DNA of 64,000 nt from the human T2T-CHM13v2.0 reference genome, Homo sapiens. The notes below the pieces were generated by a model. That model saw only the letters and a list, made by a program, of their open reading frames with translations. It had not been told where the DNA came from and did not search any database. The translations under genes were made by a program, and so were the position numbers. Below, piece after piece: positions 44,075 to 64,000 of the stretch. Positions within the stretch are counted from its first letter, which is position 1. The number at the start of each line of letters is the position of its first letter. The DNA is taken from NCBI RefSeq assembly GCF_009914755.1, contig NC_060929.1, one strand, 5' to 3'.

Positions 44075-44634
44075 TTTTTTCAAAACTGAAAAACTCATAT
44101 ATTCAGTATTTTACTCCCACAGCACCTCCCCCCAATTTGACCCACAGGGACCCCCATCCAGGTGCAGGGTCCTCGCCTGTGTACAGGGCACACCTTTGGT
44201 CACTCCAAATTCCCAGAGCTCCCAGGGTCCTTCTCAGGGTCTCCACCTGGATGGTGGGGGTGGAAGGCAAAGGAGGGCAGGGCGAGGGGTGAACAATGGC
44301 GAATCTGGGGATGGACTATTCCTATGTGGGGAGTGGAAGCCGGGCTCCTGGTGAGGAAAAGCTGGCCCTGGGGTGGAGCCGAGCGCCAGCCTGTGGGGAA
44401 GTGAAGACGGCAGGTGTGCTGGACACTCAGCCCTTGGCTGGACACTCGCTCAGGCCTCAGCCGGACACTCAGCCTTCAGCCGGACATGCAGGCCTCGGCC
44501 AAACACTCACTCAGGCCTCAGACTCCCAGCGGTGCGGGCCTGGGTGTGGGCCGCCCCTCCCTCCCTGGGACGTAGAGCCCGGCGTGACAGGGCTGCTGGT
44601 GTCTGCTCTCGGCCTGGCTGTGGGCGGGTGGCCA
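44075..44634 (-). other. TERT: TERT 3'UTR
   Basis: Follows TGA; variant PAS AGTAAA (44110-44115) and AATATA (44098-44103) on the - strand; end inferred. Confidence 0.8.

Positions 44635-64000
<19,366 letters not shown>

Overview
Human genomic DNA, recognisable as chr5p15.33. It is GC-rich, subtelomeric and dense in VNTRs. The window holds three genes. (1) SLC6A19 (B0AT1), + strand, exons 3-12 and a ~3.3 kb 3'UTR; exons 1-2 lie upstream of the window. (2) The complete tandem paralog SLC6A18 (B0AT3), + strand, 12 exons, 628 aa, starting <400 bp after the distal SLC6A19 poly(A) signal. (3) The 3' half of TERT, - strand, exons 7-16, convergent with SLC6A18; the window ends inside the intron-6 36-bp VNTR. 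All exon boundaries were read from the sequence and join into open frames. Also present: MNS16A (302-bp allele), many minisatellites, Alus (one nested AluY), L1, MaLR and DNA-transposon remnants. There is no prokaryote-type system, and most long ORFs in the track are repeat artefacts. The most interesting unexplained structures are: a ~140-bp inverted repeat bracketing the last SLC6A19 splice acceptor and stop codon; two intronic VNTRs built from amplified copies of the adjacent splice acceptor; a 3'UTR VNTR with ATTAAA in every unit; a diverged direct repeat flanking TERT exon 11; and an L1 with a 19-nt twin-priming inversion. Literature links are from memory; no searches were run.
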